64,000 nucleotides of DNA, from positions 108,254,001-108,318,000 of the forward strand of contig NC_058368.1 of NCBI RefSeq assembly GCF_018350175.1. The letters are read 5' to 3'. Origin of the DNA: Felis catus. Taxonomy: Eukaryota. Each line of letters opens with the position of its first letter. Position 1 is the stretch's first letter. A program made the translations under genes and the position numbers. The notes under the pieces are model-generated. The model was not told the origin of the DNA, searched no databases, and saw only the letters and a list, made by a program, of their open reading frames with translations. Shown here piece after piece: positions 38,201 to 52,395 of this stretch.

Positions 38201-39841
38201 CATTAAAATCAAGTGCCAACATTTAGGAACAAATTTTAATACAAATGTTTTAGTAATTTTACCTTTACTGATACAAAAAAAAAAAAAAGTCCACAAATCT
38301 AGGATACAAAATTCTAGGAACATTGTAATAAATGACAATAAAATGCCTTCTAAACTAGTTCCAAAACAGAAGAACGCTATGAAATAACAAAAATGCCTAC
38401 TGTCTGCAAGTATCATACAATGCAACCCTAAAACTGAACAAACAATGAATGTGTTAACCTAAGTCATTCAACAGCCCAAATTCCTACTAGAATGTGCTGA
38501 TCAAGTATTTTTCTTCATAACAGTAATGCCAGGAATCAATTTCTATTTTCAGTGAAAAGAACCAGAAAAGAACAAGACACAGATGTATAATACGGAAGGA
38601 AACACATGAGAAAAACACAGGGAAGGAAGAATGTAGAAGGAAATTCAAGTTCACCAAAATTCAACAGAAAACAGGATCACAAATAAGACAAGACTCAAGT
38701 TCAAGTAAGTGGCTCACAAAAAAAAAAAAATCCTTTTTGTGTGTAATTAAAGCATCTGACTTCATGATTCACTCTAGTCTTAAAATAACAAAAATCCTTC
38801 ATATGCAATCCCTTCATTCACAAAAACTGTCTTTCTTCATCTAAAAATGAAAGGATACCTGAACAGCAAAAGGTGGCAGTTTCAGATTAAAGTTTTTTTT
38901 TTAAAGTAAATTCTGCCCCCAATGTGTGGCTTCAACTTATGACCCCAAGACCAATGCTCCACACAGAGCTGTCCAGGCACCCTTGACTATATCACAGTTT
39001 AAACAGAGAGAAAGGAGTCTCTTATTTAAAATGGTACAAATTTAAAATAAAATTCAATGAATATTGTTTGTTTATGTCACATGGTATTAGATCTGAAGAA
39101 TTAAAATCATCTTCCATTTCAATCATTTACTGACTTTATAGTATAGTTTGGATAAGGGCTGCCTCTTTTTGTAAAACTGATGGAAATATAAGCTTTATAA
39201 ACAAACTTCGTTCATTTTTATGTAATTACATATTTAGATAATTACATATAAGACACGTGAACAAACTTTTTAAAGGAGGCTTCATGCCCAAGGCTTGAAA
39301 TCATGACTGAGAGATCAAGAGTTGCATGCTCTAATGACTGAGCCAAGCAGGCTGCCCCACAATAAGGGATTTGAGAAAAAGAAAATGGCATGGACTCTGG
39401 AGTGATACTACCTAAGTATGAACTAGCATTAGTGAGCTTTAATTGAGACAAGTGTATCTTCCCCACGTGCACCATAAGAATACCGGTATTTATCTCACAG
39501 GGTGCATGGAGAATTAAGTAATTCTTATAAAGTGCTTAGAACAATATATGGCACATAACAAGCACACAACAAATATTTACTATCATCCTCTTTTAACTGA
39601 CCCTACTAAATTAAAATCTACAAGGGACTTACGGGACACCAACAATGGAAAAGTCCATGGGAAAAAAAAGCTACTTCTATCACTATTTTCACCTTGTTAG
39701 CAAAAGGCATTTGTGAGGAGCGTAGGTTGACAGGGTTAACAGGACGCATGCTAGTTCATCCGCGTGCATTAACGAAAAGGATGCAGTACGTGTTAAGAGT
39801 TGCACAACCTCTGGTTCAGGTGCATTCATCTCTACACTTAC

Positions 39842-39865
39842 CCCAGACTCCGCCACCTCTTCTTC
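39842..39865 (-). CDS. RAPGEF6: RAPGEF6 alternative 24-nt microexon (adds KKRWRSLG)
   Basis: ttgcttacag|GAAGAAGAGGTGGCGGAGTCTGGG|gtaagt; perfect donor, phase 2-2, in frame between the 42119 and 36413 exons. Confidence 0.88.
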
Positions 39866-42118
39866 CTGTAAGCAAGAGCCACAAACATTGACGCATGGGT
39901 TTGAATAGGAAAGCACAGAAAAAAGACAACAGTTGAGAGTCAGAGAAACTATGGAGACAGAATAGAACAGAAAAATTTTACTAAGAAAAAATGGCAGCTT
40001 AACAGTAAAATGACTTTAATGGAATGCAGAGGGGGTAAAATGAATTAGGATGTGTACCGGAAGCCAACAAACCCACAGTATTATTTAAAATATGCTGTAA
40101 GGCTAATTATATTTCTAATATCTAATTCACACCATAGGCTTATGTTAATAAGCAACTTAAGAAAAAAAATACTTATTATAAATTTTGAATTTAGAGTTTT
40201 TAAGGGACGTAAACCTTAAATTAAGGAAGAGAATTTTTGAACATTTTTTTTGAAAGGATTCTTGAGCACTCCTTTCAGTGACAAGATGAAGTTACAAGGA
40301 ACATAAAGATTTATAATGTCATTTCTCAGGGCAGAAATTTCTCCAACAATGTACTTTAAAAGAAATTTTGACCAAGAAGTCAACTTAAAATTTAAGTAAA
40401 AGTAGAACATCAGAATAGGATACTGCATATCCTTATACTACAAATGGACTGAATAAAGATTGCTTTTTATTTTATTTTTTGCCCCTCACCAGAGTCCATG
40501 TGCTGCAGGTGGCCCAAGACTCTGCTTTTCTATCAGCAAACTGTTTTCTGTCAGATTACTGTTAGAATGAAAGAGGTTACTTTTTCCACACTATATAATA
40601 TACACCACAAAAATGGATAACTACTTGCTTAAAGAAAAAGTGCATTTAAGTACTGGTTAAAAAAGAAAACTGATTCAGGAAAAGTTCAGTCCAATTCAAT
40701 TTGTCCAATCTAATTATGAATGTTTTATTTTCCCCTATCTTGTAGTCTACTTAGCCCAGGTCATGCCCCAGAAAATGGCCAAGTTTATTAAATTCCTCCT
40801 TAGGTTTTTCCTCCTTTGTTCATTTTTGAAGCATAGCTGGTACTTAATATGTTATTTACTGGTCTGTAGGGGCACAAATCCATTGTTTTTGGGAAGGAGT
40901 GCTAACATATATGAGAAAATGGAGGTCCACGTAAGACAACAGGCAGTAGTGGGGCCACTGTACAGAAACAAGCAACAAAGGCAAAAACTTAAAAAACAAA
41001 CAAACAAACAACAAACCTTCCTCCAGGTTTGCTTTGGTCCCTGGTTCTTACTGTTTTCTGCTTCCATACTACTGAGCAACATGTCTCCTTACATGTTGGA
41101 TTCCTAAGGGCAGAGCGGGATGGGTAGCGAAGAGTGACCGCCCCCTTCGTCTGTTCTCTGAGGATCTCTACACTAGAGCCAACTATCAAATCAACTACTT
41201 ACAAAAACAAAGACTCCTGAACAGTAATCTAAGTAAAACAGAAGAAAGCACCTATACTGACACATACTGATACTGTTTGATTACAAAAATTGCACCTTTG
41301 ATTTTTAAAGAAACAAGTGTTTTTGTTTCCTTACTGGACTGTATTTTTTTTTTAGCCAGAGGAACCGTGCCTATCTTTGTGCCTATTTCATTTTTAAAAG
41401 CCTTATACACTGAAGTTATACACATAGGCCTGGAAGAAAGTAAGTCCCCTAAATTAGAACCCTAATATCTATTTACCCTGAAAATTTTAGAAATTACTGA
41501 GAAGGGTTTGACAACACACTTTCTCTAAGTTTTACTGAGTTTGAGAAAGTCTCTGTTATTACATTAAAACTGAATTTTAAAAAGCATTCATTCTTAGAAG
41601 ATCAGGTTAATATGGAATACAAATAACATTTTCCATTTTTATTAATGATAGAACATGCTTACATTTGCACTTTCTAAATTCTGCTAAAGAACTTGCATAC
41701 AAATAAACAGTAGTACTATGGCTTGAGGAAACTAATGTATTTTAAAAAAATAAAGTATGATTTTAATAGAAATAGAACTTTAAAAACATTTAGTAAAAAT
41801 AAAAGGCATGTGCAGACTAATATTTAAGTCAGTTATTTAACATAACAAGATAGAATTATCCACGTACTCCAAAAAGTAATACAGAACCAGGGCTCAAATC
41901 TCAGCAAGTTACATAATTCTGGGCATATTACCTAAATGCTCTGAGCGTCCCTTTTTCACAGGTACAAAGAAACCTACCTTTAAAGGGTTGCTGTGGTAAA
42001 TGATTACTGGAGACTGACATACAGTGCACAGCAAATGGGAGATGGCTAATAAATGATAAATATTATTACTGTATCACTTGATGCCACTGTAACACTTCTA
42101 CAGACTTCAATGCCATAC

Positions 42119-42242
42119 CTCTGTCGAAACATCATAGCTGGGTCCATGTTAGCAGAAGTCATTCGAACAACTTGACGGATTTCCTTGGCAATCATTCTTA
42201 GCTTCTCAAAATTCACTAAACCATCTACTTTGGAGTCATTCC
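42119..42242 (-). CDS. RAPGEF6: RAPGEF6 coding exon, end of GEF domain (124 nt; absent from ORF track)
   Basis: Acceptor ttccgtag|GG, donor CAGAG|gtatgg; encodes [40 protein letters not shown]; 2+120+2 nt. Confidence 0.95.
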
Positions 42243-42698
42243 CTACGGAATAAAACCAACTTTTTCATTTTCAAAATTAAAATGCCCATATGAAGGTAGG
42301 AAAAGTCAAGTTATTCTGGGGGCACAAATCAGAACCGTCTTTATGAAACTGCCACTTCTGTTTTGAACCGATAAAAGCATATATGGTTCAACTATGCTCC
42401 CAGGGAATGAGCTAACTAGGAGGAATTCTATTCCTATGGGAGTGATTACAAGTACTGGAAGTTCATAAGCTACATAGCTTCTAAACCAATTTCACGATGT
42501 TAAAGGCACATCTATAAAATGTGTGGCTCCTGAAATCTTACTGTCTAGATGCTCAGCCCACTCTATCAGGTACCTGTATCTGCTCTTTTGGACAGCAGGG
42601 TATAGCACTTGAAAACTTAGGCTTTAGCCAGAGGTCACAAAGAGTGACCTATGGGCTTAATTAACCCAGTAAGTTTTCTTTGGTTTAAAATCTTTTAA

Positions 42699-42895
42699 GG
42701 GGTGCCTAGGTGGCTCAGTCAGTTATGTGTCTCACTTTGGCTCAGGTCACGATCTCACAGTTTTTGAGTTTGAGCCCCTCATCAGGCTCTCTGTTCTCAG
42801 TATAGAGTCAGCTCTCTCCCTGTCTCTCTCTGCCCCTCCCCTGCTTGTGCTTTCTCTCTGTCCCTCTCAAAATAAATGAATAAACTCAGAAACAT
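42699..42895 (+). mobile_element. Can-SINE
   Basis: ggggtgcctaggtggctcagtcagtt…ctctcaaaataaatgaataaa. Confidence 0.88.
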
Positions 42896-43645
42896 TATAA
42901 AATCTCCCAAAGTTTGAAAACTAAACAATACCTTTTGAAATAATGCATAGGTCAGACAAAATCAAGAAAAAAAATAAAAATAAAATACTGAAAAAAAGTG
43001 TTAAATGAATTGTCAACATTTAACAAATGGAATATATCCCATGAAAATCTCTGACTGCTTTTAAAAAGGGAGGGTTCTAGTGGGGGATTAAGTAAGAGTA
43101 GATCTGTTTTCCCAAATGGCAATTATTAGTTAAATTAAGGTGACTGGCTCATAGAGTAAACACTTTCTGGTCTGCCATTCATCTTTTCTTTCCGAAATCT
43201 GCATTTACATTTGTGCTAGCTCTTCAGTTCCATAACTTTTATTTGTTCTAATCAGTAGGGCTCTGAGGAAAAATTCACACAACTTTCAAAATGATCTACT
43301 TTTCTTTGAAGAGGATAGCTAGGAGATCAGACTTAGCCCATTTGATGGCTTACCAAAAACTGTATGTTTAAAAGGCAATGTGATGGTCTATAGCAGTGTT
43401 TCTTTTTCACACCTATCTTTTATAGTTTCTGTGACCCCATTTATCTACTCTGGTAGCCTGTGAGATGCCTCTGTGGAACTCTAAGTTCCTAATGGCAAGT
43501 CTGAGAACCTAATGCGTCTGAAACATAGAGTGGGGTCTGCTTTCTCATGGTAAAGAGCATCTATACAATGAACATATGAGTTGTTCAGGATCTCAACATG
43601 TGAGCTAGTAACAAAATAATCACCAAAAATACTTCCAAGTCACTA

Positions 43646-43857
43646 GGGGCGCCTGGGTGGCTCAGCTGGTGGAGTGTCTGACTTCGGCTGAAGTCATGAT
43701 CTCACTGTTCGTGTGTTCGATCCCCGCATGGGGCTCCGCACTGAAAGCTCAGAGCCTACAGCCTGTTTCGGATTCTGTGTCTCCCTCTCTCTCTGCCCCT
43801 CCCTCACTCATGCTGTCTCAAAAATAAATAAACATTAAAACAAAAACAAAAACAAAA
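43646..43857 (+). mobile_element. SINEC_Fc
   Basis: TSD acttccaagtcac on both sides. Confidence 0.92.
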
Positions 43858-43919
43858 ACTTCCAAGTCACATAAACATGTCTTGAGGGAACAAGTCAGAA
43901 AAATATATTTGAGGCCTAT

Positions 43920-46480
43920 CAGAGTATTTCCTTATGAAAAAGGAGTGATAGAGAGGAAGCATTAAGACTAATTAGAACAACCCTTCTGCTGAGAATAATT
44001 AGAAAATTTGAGCAAAAATAGAAAAAACAAGTATTTTAAGGCAATAAAAAGCTATCAAGGAAGTGAAGATTTGGAAGAAGAATGAAAGATCTGGGAAAGG
44101 TTTACCATTTCCCAGTGCCTGACCCTAGAGGCATCTACTGATTCAGAAAAGGGGATGATGAGCTTAAAAAACTAAGTAGTGACACCCTGACTTCTTAGGT
44201 TAGAGGAAAACACCTTAGGTCCTGGTAAACCTCCAGTGCTTTGGGTTGGAATCCTGAAGGGCTATCCTGGGACTATGATGAACTAGTTGTGACCAAGATA
44301 AAAGTTTAGTGTTAAAATATCTTAAAAATGTAAAAATGGATTAAGGTGATCTTGGACTGCTAGCTTACCTAGCTGCCTGGCAAAAGCAAGTTTTATTTCT
44401 TTCTGGAGGAATGGAACATCATCTGAAACCTCAAATTATTTCTGTAATCTTTTATACACAACATCCATTTGATCAGAAGTAACTAGAGACGTCAGGAGAA
44501 GAGATGACAAATGAAAACAGGAGACAAAGACAACAGAAAAGGACCCACAAAGGATGGAGTTATTAGACAAAGATAATCCAGCTTTAACTAAGCTGGATAT
44601 GTGCAAAGATGTAGAAAACAACACTAAGAACTTTAGCAGAGAACACAGAGATAAAAAAAATTTAAGTTGTAAACCTGACAAAACACAGTAACTGGCTAGG
44701 AACTCACTGATATATTTAAGAGTAAATTACACATAGTTCAAGAACTGATAAACTGGACAGTAAGTTGGAAGAAAATATCCAGAATGAAGCATGGTTAGAC
44801 AAAAAGATGAGAAATGGAGAAAAGAGGGTATGAGACAATAGAGGCAGTCATCATGTCTAAGACAGGCGAAATCAAAATCCCTAAAATAGAGGTCAGAAGA
44901 GGGTAGGTAAGAAATCTGAAGACAAAATGAATGAGAATTTTTCCAAAACTGATGAAAAATACCAAAACATAGGTTTCAAGGTATCTTATAAACAAATCAG
45001 GACTAAAACAAGCAAATGCCACACCTAGCTACATCATAGCAAAACTACAGGGGAAAAAAAAAAAGAGACCAAGAGAAGAGACAATTACAAAGCAGCTATT
45101 GGAAGAAGGGCGGAATATAATCACAGGAACAGCAAATGACTTCTCAGTATCAACAATAAAAGCCAGGACACAATGAAATGGTCTTTTAAAATGTTTAGAC
45201 CACTGCGAACCAAAATTATGCCTTAAAAATGAATATGAAGTATAGATATTTTTAGATAAATGAAATTAGGATATTTCATCACCAGCAGACTTGTACTTAA
45301 ATAAACAATAAATAGTATTCTATAGGAAGAAAAAAAAAAACCCAACCACATGGAAGCTTTGAAAACAGAGGAATAAAAACAGTAACATCATCTAGAAAAA
45401 GATAAATACTGACTTCTGTAAATGATAAGATCACATAGAAGTTAAAGGCATGACAAGCGCATATAAACTGGTAGGTGAGTAAATGGAATTCAAGTACTCT
45501 AAATTCCTTGCACTGCCCAATACACAGAAAAGTACTAATGAACATTAACCTAATTAATATCAACTAATTAAGTATAAATATAATGCCTAGGGTAACACTA
45601 GAAAAATAGTAAAACAGTGTATAGTTAGCCAGTTACCAGACTAGAATAAATACCATATACAAAAATTAATTCAGGGAGACTGGAAGTGAAACACGCTAAA
45701 AGATCCATATGCTAGTCTTTTAAAACTAAGAACATGCTGTGTATTAAAAGATAACCTTAAGAGATTCAAAAAGCAAATCGTATTACACCCAGGATTTATA
45801 AGAAATTCTTAAAAATGCATTAAATAAGCAACAACCTAATAAACAAATGAATTTACCAGGTGTTGGTGAGGAACACTAACTCTAGCACCACTGCCAGTGT
45901 TGCACTTTTGCTAGACAATGCCAAACTGTTTTCTAAAGTTGATTATATGAATATCACATCCATAATAAAATCCACTATGAACGATATTAATATTCAAAGC
46001 GGTATTATCCGTAATAGGTGAACAGTGGAAAACTATGAAATGCTCATCAGGAGAATGGATAAATCCACTGTGTTGCATTCAGGTAATGGAATACTAGTTG
46101 TGAAAATGAAATACAGCTACACTCAAAAAACATGGGAAAATCTCATAAATCTAATATTGACTAAAATAAGCCGGAAACCAAACCAAACCAAAATGCAAGA
46201 AAACAAATATACTATGTGATTCCATTTATATAAAGTTCAGCAACAGATAAAACTAAACCACAGTATTAGAAGTCAGGACAGTCATTGCTTTTGAGGAAGA
46301 GAATGAGGACGGTTATTAGAGAGGGGCATCAATAGGGCTCCTGCAAGGCTAGCAACATTTTATTTTTGACCTGTGAGTTGATTACATGGGAGTTTGCTCT
46401 GTTGTAATTCATTTAGTTATTCTCTTGTTATGGTCACTTTACTGTATTGAATGTGTTGAATAATTCAATTAAAAAAAGTT
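43920..46480 (+). mobile_element. Ancient L1 (L1M-like) fragments
   Basis: ORF1-like gagaatttttccaaaactgatgaaa, cacacctagctacatcatagcaaaact; 3'UTR-like tactatgtgattccatttatataaagttc. Confidence 0.65.
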
Positions 46481-46740
46481 TGGAAGGGAAATTATTAGTG
46501 AACAAAATAAAAAATATGAACAAACAATCTGATGTGGGTGTAAGTCAAATTTAAGTTTGAATGCAGAGGGAAAACACTTAAATTTGTTTTTGTCAATAAT
46601 GTGGGTTTTGATTTCTAAAATTTGCTACATTTAATTAGGTAAAGCTTTTGTGATATAAAAGGCTGAAAAATATAATACGTCACAATTCTGTGGAATTTGC
46701 TGAAGCTAAACACACTAATTTTCAAGTAACTTTTAAATAC

Positions 46741-46952
46741 CTTCATGTAGAAATGTCATATCTTTCTTGACAACAGGGAAGAGTGGAATAATTGGAGGCT
46801 GCATGCTTTGACTACTAAGAATATTTCTATATTTTGCCATGTTTCTAGATGGATCAAAAAGGTCTTGTAGATCCTGGAGGTGTTTCTCATACTTGCTTGG
46901 TAATTTTTCCCAAGTACCTCTGAGTCGTGCTACAGATGCCAGGTTCAAGCCA
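46741..46952 (-). CDS. RAPGEF6: RAPGEF6 coding exon, GEF domain (212 nt)
   Basis: Acceptor ttggcag|T, donor GAAG|gtattt; encodes (S)[18 protein letters not shown]…DMTFLHE(G). Confidence 0.95.
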
Positions 46953-47749
46953 CTGCCAAAGATGAGAATAAAAACATTAATAAGGGACTTGGATAAGGGA
47001 GAAGACTCAGGGCAATAAAGCGTATACAACAAATTTCTCTAATAAAGATAAAATAAATAGGGACATATTTCTAATGTGTTGAAATGAAGAGACCAAAACC
47101 ATGGGAAAAAAATAATAAAAGGGCTCTCTGATGTTACAATCAGGAAAATTTATACCAGAAGAACTACATTACTTGCGTATAGTTGTAGACTGTAGCCTTT
47201 ATTTTACAGCTTGCATGTATTGAGACAAACATAGTATTTCCATAAAATAGACACTTAAATATAAAAAAAAAAACCTTCAAATATCACAAAGTTTTCTTTG
47301 CTTTATTTAGAAAATAACTTTATGAAGACACTGTCTATTGTGAAAGTGGTTTAAGTAATGCTGGACACAATTGCTATAATAACTGAGGCAAGTTCTAGAG
47401 CTGAGGCAGCCTTCTTTCCAAGGTTTTGTTCTCTCATGTCCCTGACTCAAATACTTCCCTATCTCTAGGTTCTAATCCTGTCCCCCAAGGCGTCCACATA
47501 TTCAATGTCTTCTTCTGACAGGATTTTAAGCTCAGATAGCCCTCCTTTGAAAAACATGCCCATTCGCTCCTCTCTATCCCTTTATGTCTATACTACCATC
47601 AGGCAGGTAGGCTGCCACATGAATCCTGCATATATAATGCTTCAATTTTCTAACCAGTTAACCCCTCTTTTATTCCCAGGCACCTGACTTTTACGCACAC
47701 CACTGTACTTAAAATGTTTTCTTGACTTCAGATTTTAAGGTGCGGAGTT

Positions 47750-49215
47750 AAGATATCTTTGTTCCCTTTGCCTCTCAGAAATCATCCCAAGAAACTCTAT
47801 GGATCAATAACAGAAATGCAAATTTCATCTTCACAGAAACTAAGATATCTGTAACTCCTAAACACATTAAAAGGTTGCCAATAAACAGTTAAGATTAAAC
47901 AGGAGAATGCCAAATGCTGAAAAAGAATGGGCATGGTTAAAGATCTCAATGCAAGCTGTTGAAGTTCTCCGAAGTGGCTACCTCACCCTAAAGGCAAGAA
48001 CAGCAAATATCCTATTGGAGACAACACAACAGAATCCATAGGATGACAGAATTAGGTGGGGGCTTGACTGTGATCTTTACCAGGGAATGCCAGGTTAAGT
48101 ACACAGAGTGAGATAATATCTTCATGAGACAATACCTTAATACCTTTAACAGTGAGACAGGACAGAAGGTAGATTCTGAGCGGTAAGCAGCCCCAAAGCT
48201 GCCCATCTCCATGTAGACGAAGGAAGGAAGGAAGGAAGGAAGGAAGGAAGGAAGGAAGGAAGGAAGGAAGGAAGGAAGGAAGGGAGGGAGGGAGGGAGGG
48301 AGGGAGGGAGAAAACAATTCACATTCAAGCTCAATTCCTGCTAGCCTGAAATAATGCCCTGGATCCTCTCCCACATGAACCTCCTGCAAATAGTTGGTAC
48401 AGGAAAACTAACAAAGAACACAAGTAAGAAAAATGTTGCCACCAATCAAATAAAAATCAATGACCTAGCCATGATTTCAAATGAATAAAGTAAACAGCTT
48501 AATGGAGTGATATAAAGAGCTTAGAGAAAATATGGTAAGAGAAGTTGATAAAAAAAACAAAACAAAAAACTAGTCGAGTTCAGAAAAGAAATGAAAGAAA
48601 TATAAACACCAACACAGAAATGAAGGCCATATTGGAACGTACTAAAGAAAAAAAAAAAGACCATGCACAAGTTGTGTTAAGGATCAACAAAAGCAATCAG
48701 CGGAAGCAATCAGCAATCAATGGAAATTCTATTTCTCTAGAGAGAAAATAATGGATATGGAAGAGAATGGAGATCTCAAATGTGCAATAACTGCTATCTT
48801 TGGAAGAAGGAAACAAAAATAATGGAACTGAAAAAATATTCAAAGGTATAACCTGAGAAAACTACAGAAACAAATCAGGCACTACAGACTGAACAGGCAC
48901 CACAGTCCCAGAGAACCAGATACAGAACTAAAAGAGGTAGAAACATAGATGTAAAGGTAAAGGACATCAGAGACAAGGACAGAACATGGGGAGAAATCTC
49001 AGAGATTTGAACAGCTACATAAAATGCTAGTTATGAAGCTATTGTCTGTGACATTACCAGGAAATAACACGTGAGACAAGAATTTTAAAGCCACAATGTG
49101 ATGGACGTTCAAAGACAACAGGAAGACACTTCGAATATATTCAGCAAATAGAATTTCTACAAGACCTTTATAAAATGACTAGAAAGCAAACTTCAACCAA
49201 GATTTGATTACAGAG
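47750..49215 (+). mobile_element. Ancient L1 ORF1-like remnant
   Basis: A-rich degenerate ORF1-like strings (aatggaactgaaaaaatattcaaaggtataacctgagaaaact…cagactgaacaggcac). Confidence 0.5.
48218..48310. repeat. (GGAA)n(GGGA)n polypurine microsatellite
   Basis: Read directly. Confidence 0.95.
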
Positions 49216-50197
49216 AGTGATGTCTGCATCATGACAGCATAAGATATCCCTTGTTTTATCACTCCAACCAAACAACAAAAGTCTAGCATCTACTCATGAA
49301 TAACACTGCGTGTGTGGAACCCGGCATCATTCGCCAAGGGGGCTCGGGAAAGCCTTGTTTACAAGTGTATTGGTAAGAGACCGTCTTTAGTACTGTTTGT
49401 AGAACCTATAGGAGGTTACGAAGTGGTTTGTGCCCCCCCTTGCCTGTAGTCTGGGAGTGCCTGCAGAACAAGAACTCAGTCACCTAAAGAAGAGAGAGAG
49501 ACTTTGTGGAAGTCCAGGTTTCCAGAAGAGAAGTTCCAGTACTCAGCTGGAGTAAAACAAAATAAAAAAACAAAAAGGTTTGGATGCATTCAAGTAGGTA
49601 AAGAGAAGAGCTTGATTTTGCTGGCATCATCTCTTTTCCAAAGGAGCACAGTTGAAAGGTAACTAGATAACTGGTGATTTTTCCCAGAGGAGAGAGGGAG
49701 AGCTGGTGAGTACATGCCTGGTTTCCCTAATTGTGTAGGATGCTGTCAAAGACACTCACTTGGAAGATCTAGACCCAGAACATCCATTAAAGTGGGAGCT
49801 CCATGACTAGGGGGAGGGAGCAGATCTGGAGAGCAGCATTTAAGATTCCTGGATAATTTGTAAATGAACACAGGATCTAAGAAGGCAAACTGTTGACATT
49901 AAAAACATAAAAGGTGGGGAGTAAAAGGGTTTTGCATATGATTGAAGTTAGTATCAGCATGAAATAAATTGTTATGTTTCATGTAGATCTCATGGTAACC
50001 AAAAAGCAAACACCTATAATATAGACTCATGGAAAGACAAAGAAAAGGATATTAGAGCATATAAGCACAGAAGATCATCAATTCACAAAAGAACACACCA
50101 AGGGAGTAAAAAAGAAAGACAAAACAGCGAGAAAATAATAAAATGGCAGTAGTAAAAGCCCACATGTATCAGTAATCATTCTAAGTGTAAATGGACT

Positions 50198-52395
50198 TTG
50201 TATCTTTTTCAATTTCCTTCATAAGCTTTCTACAGTTTTCAGCATACAGATCTTTCACATCTTTGGTTAGGTTTATTACTAGGTGTTTTATGATTCTTGG
50301 TGCAACTGTGAATGGGACCAGTTTATTTGTCTTTCTGTTGCTTCATTATTAGTGTATAAGAATGCACCTGATTTCTGTACATTAATTTTGTACCCTGCGA
50401 CTTCGCTGAATTCATTATCAGTTGTAGCAGACTTCTGGTGGAATCTATTGGGTTTTCCATGTATAGTATCATGTCATATGCAAAAAGTGAAAGGTTGACT
50501 TCATCTTTGCCAATTTTGATGCCTTTGATTTCCTTTTGTTGTCTGATTGCTGATGCGAGAACTTCCAACACTATGTTAAACAACAGCGGTGAGAGTACAC
50601 ATCCCTGTCATGTTCCTGATCTCAGGGGGATAGCTCTCGGTTTTTCCCATTGAGGATGATATTATCTGTGGGCTTTTCATAAATGGCTTTTACGATGCTT
50701 AAGTATGTTCCTTCTGTTCCGACTTTCTCGAGGGTTTTTATTAAGAAAGGGTGCTGAATATTGTCAAATGCTTTTTCTGTATTGGTTGACAGGATCCTAT
50801 GGTTCTTTTCTTTTATTAACGTGATGCATCACACTGATTGGTTTGTGAACATTGAACCAGCAGCTCAGGATCCCTGAGCTCAGGAATGCATCCCACTGGA
50901 TCATGGTGAATAATTCTTTTTATATGCTGTTGAATTCAATTTGCTAGTATCTTATTGAGAATTTGTGCATCCATATTCATGGGGGATATTGGCCTGTGTT
51001 CTCTTTTTTTTTTTGGGTCTCTGTCTGGTTTGGGAACCAAAGTATTGCTGGCTTCATAGATTGAGTCTGGAAGTTTGCCTTCCCTTTCTATTTTTTTGGA
51101 ACAGCTTGGGAAAGATAGGTATTATCTCTGCTCTAAATGTCTGGTAGAATTCCCCTGGGAAGCCATCTGGTCCTAGACTCTTATCTGTTGGGAGATTTTT
51201 GATAACTGATTCAATTTCTTCACTGGTTATGGGTCTGTTCAAATTTTCTATTTCTTCCTGTTTGAGTTTTGGAAGCGTGTGGAATTTGTCCATTTCTTCC
51301 AGGTTGTCCAGTTTGTTGGCATATAATTTTTCATGGTATTCCCTGATAATTGCTTATATTTCTGAGGGATTGGTTGTAATAATTCCATTTTCATTCATGA
51401 TTTTATCTATTTGGGTCCTCTCCCTTTTCTTTTTGAGAAGCCTGGCTAGAAGTTTATCAATTTTGTTTATTTTTTCAAAACCTACTCTTGGTTTCATTGA
51501 ACTGCTGTACAGTTTTTTTTAGATTCTATATTGTTTATTTCTGCTCGGATCTTTATTATTTCTCTTCTTCTGCTGGGTTTGGGGTGTCTTTGCTGTTCTG
51601 CTTCTATTTCCTTTAGGTGTGCTGTTAGATTTTGTATTGGGGATTTTTCGTGTTTCTTGAGATAGGCCTGGATTGCAATGTATTTTCCTCTCAGGACTGC
51701 CTTCGCTGCATCCCAAACCGTTTGGATTGTTGTATTTTCATTTTCGTTTGTTTCCATATATTTTTTAATTTCTTCTCTAAGTGCCTGGTTGACCCATTCA
51801 TTCTTTAGTAGGGTGTTCTTTAACTCCCATGCTTTTGGAGGTATTCCAGACTGTTTCCTGTGGTTGATTTCAAGTTTCACAGCATTGTGGTCTGAAAGTG
51901 TGCATGGTATGATCTCAATTCTTTTATACTTATGAAGGGCTGTTTTGGGACCCAGTATGTGATCTATCTTGGAGAATGTTCCATGTGCACTCGAGAAGAA
52001 AGTATATTCTGTTGCTTTGGGATGCAGAGTTCTAAATATATCTGTCAAGTCCATCTGATCCAATGTATCATTCAGGGCCCTTGTTTCTTTATTGATTCTG
52101 TGTCTAGATTATCTATCTATTGCTCTAAGTGGGGTATTAAAGTCCCCTGCAATTACCATATTCTTATCAATAAGGTCGCTTATGTTTGTGATTGTTTTAT
52201 ATATTTGGCAGCTCCTGTATTCGGCACACAGACATTTATAATTGTTACCTCTTCATGATGGATAGACCCTGTAACTATTATATAATGCCCTTCTTCATCT
52301 CTTGTTACAGCCTTTAAAGTCTAGTTTGTCTGATATAAGTATGGCTACTCCAGCTTTCTTTTGACTTCCACTAGCATGATAGATAGTTCTCCATC
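50198..52395 (-). mobile_element. Young carnivore/felid L1, inverted 5' segment (ORF2 endonuclease to RT)
   Basis: Minus-strand ORF2 peptides: [77 protein letters not shown]; frameshifted. Confidence 0.93.

Noticed and set aside
40763..41189. Overlapping ORFs on both strands
   Set aside because: Low-complexity (CAAA)n-driven sequence; no recognisable protein and no splice fit to the RAPGEF6 frame.
48012..48389. ORFs with LPSF repeats
   Set aside because: Translation of the (TTCC)n microsatellite.
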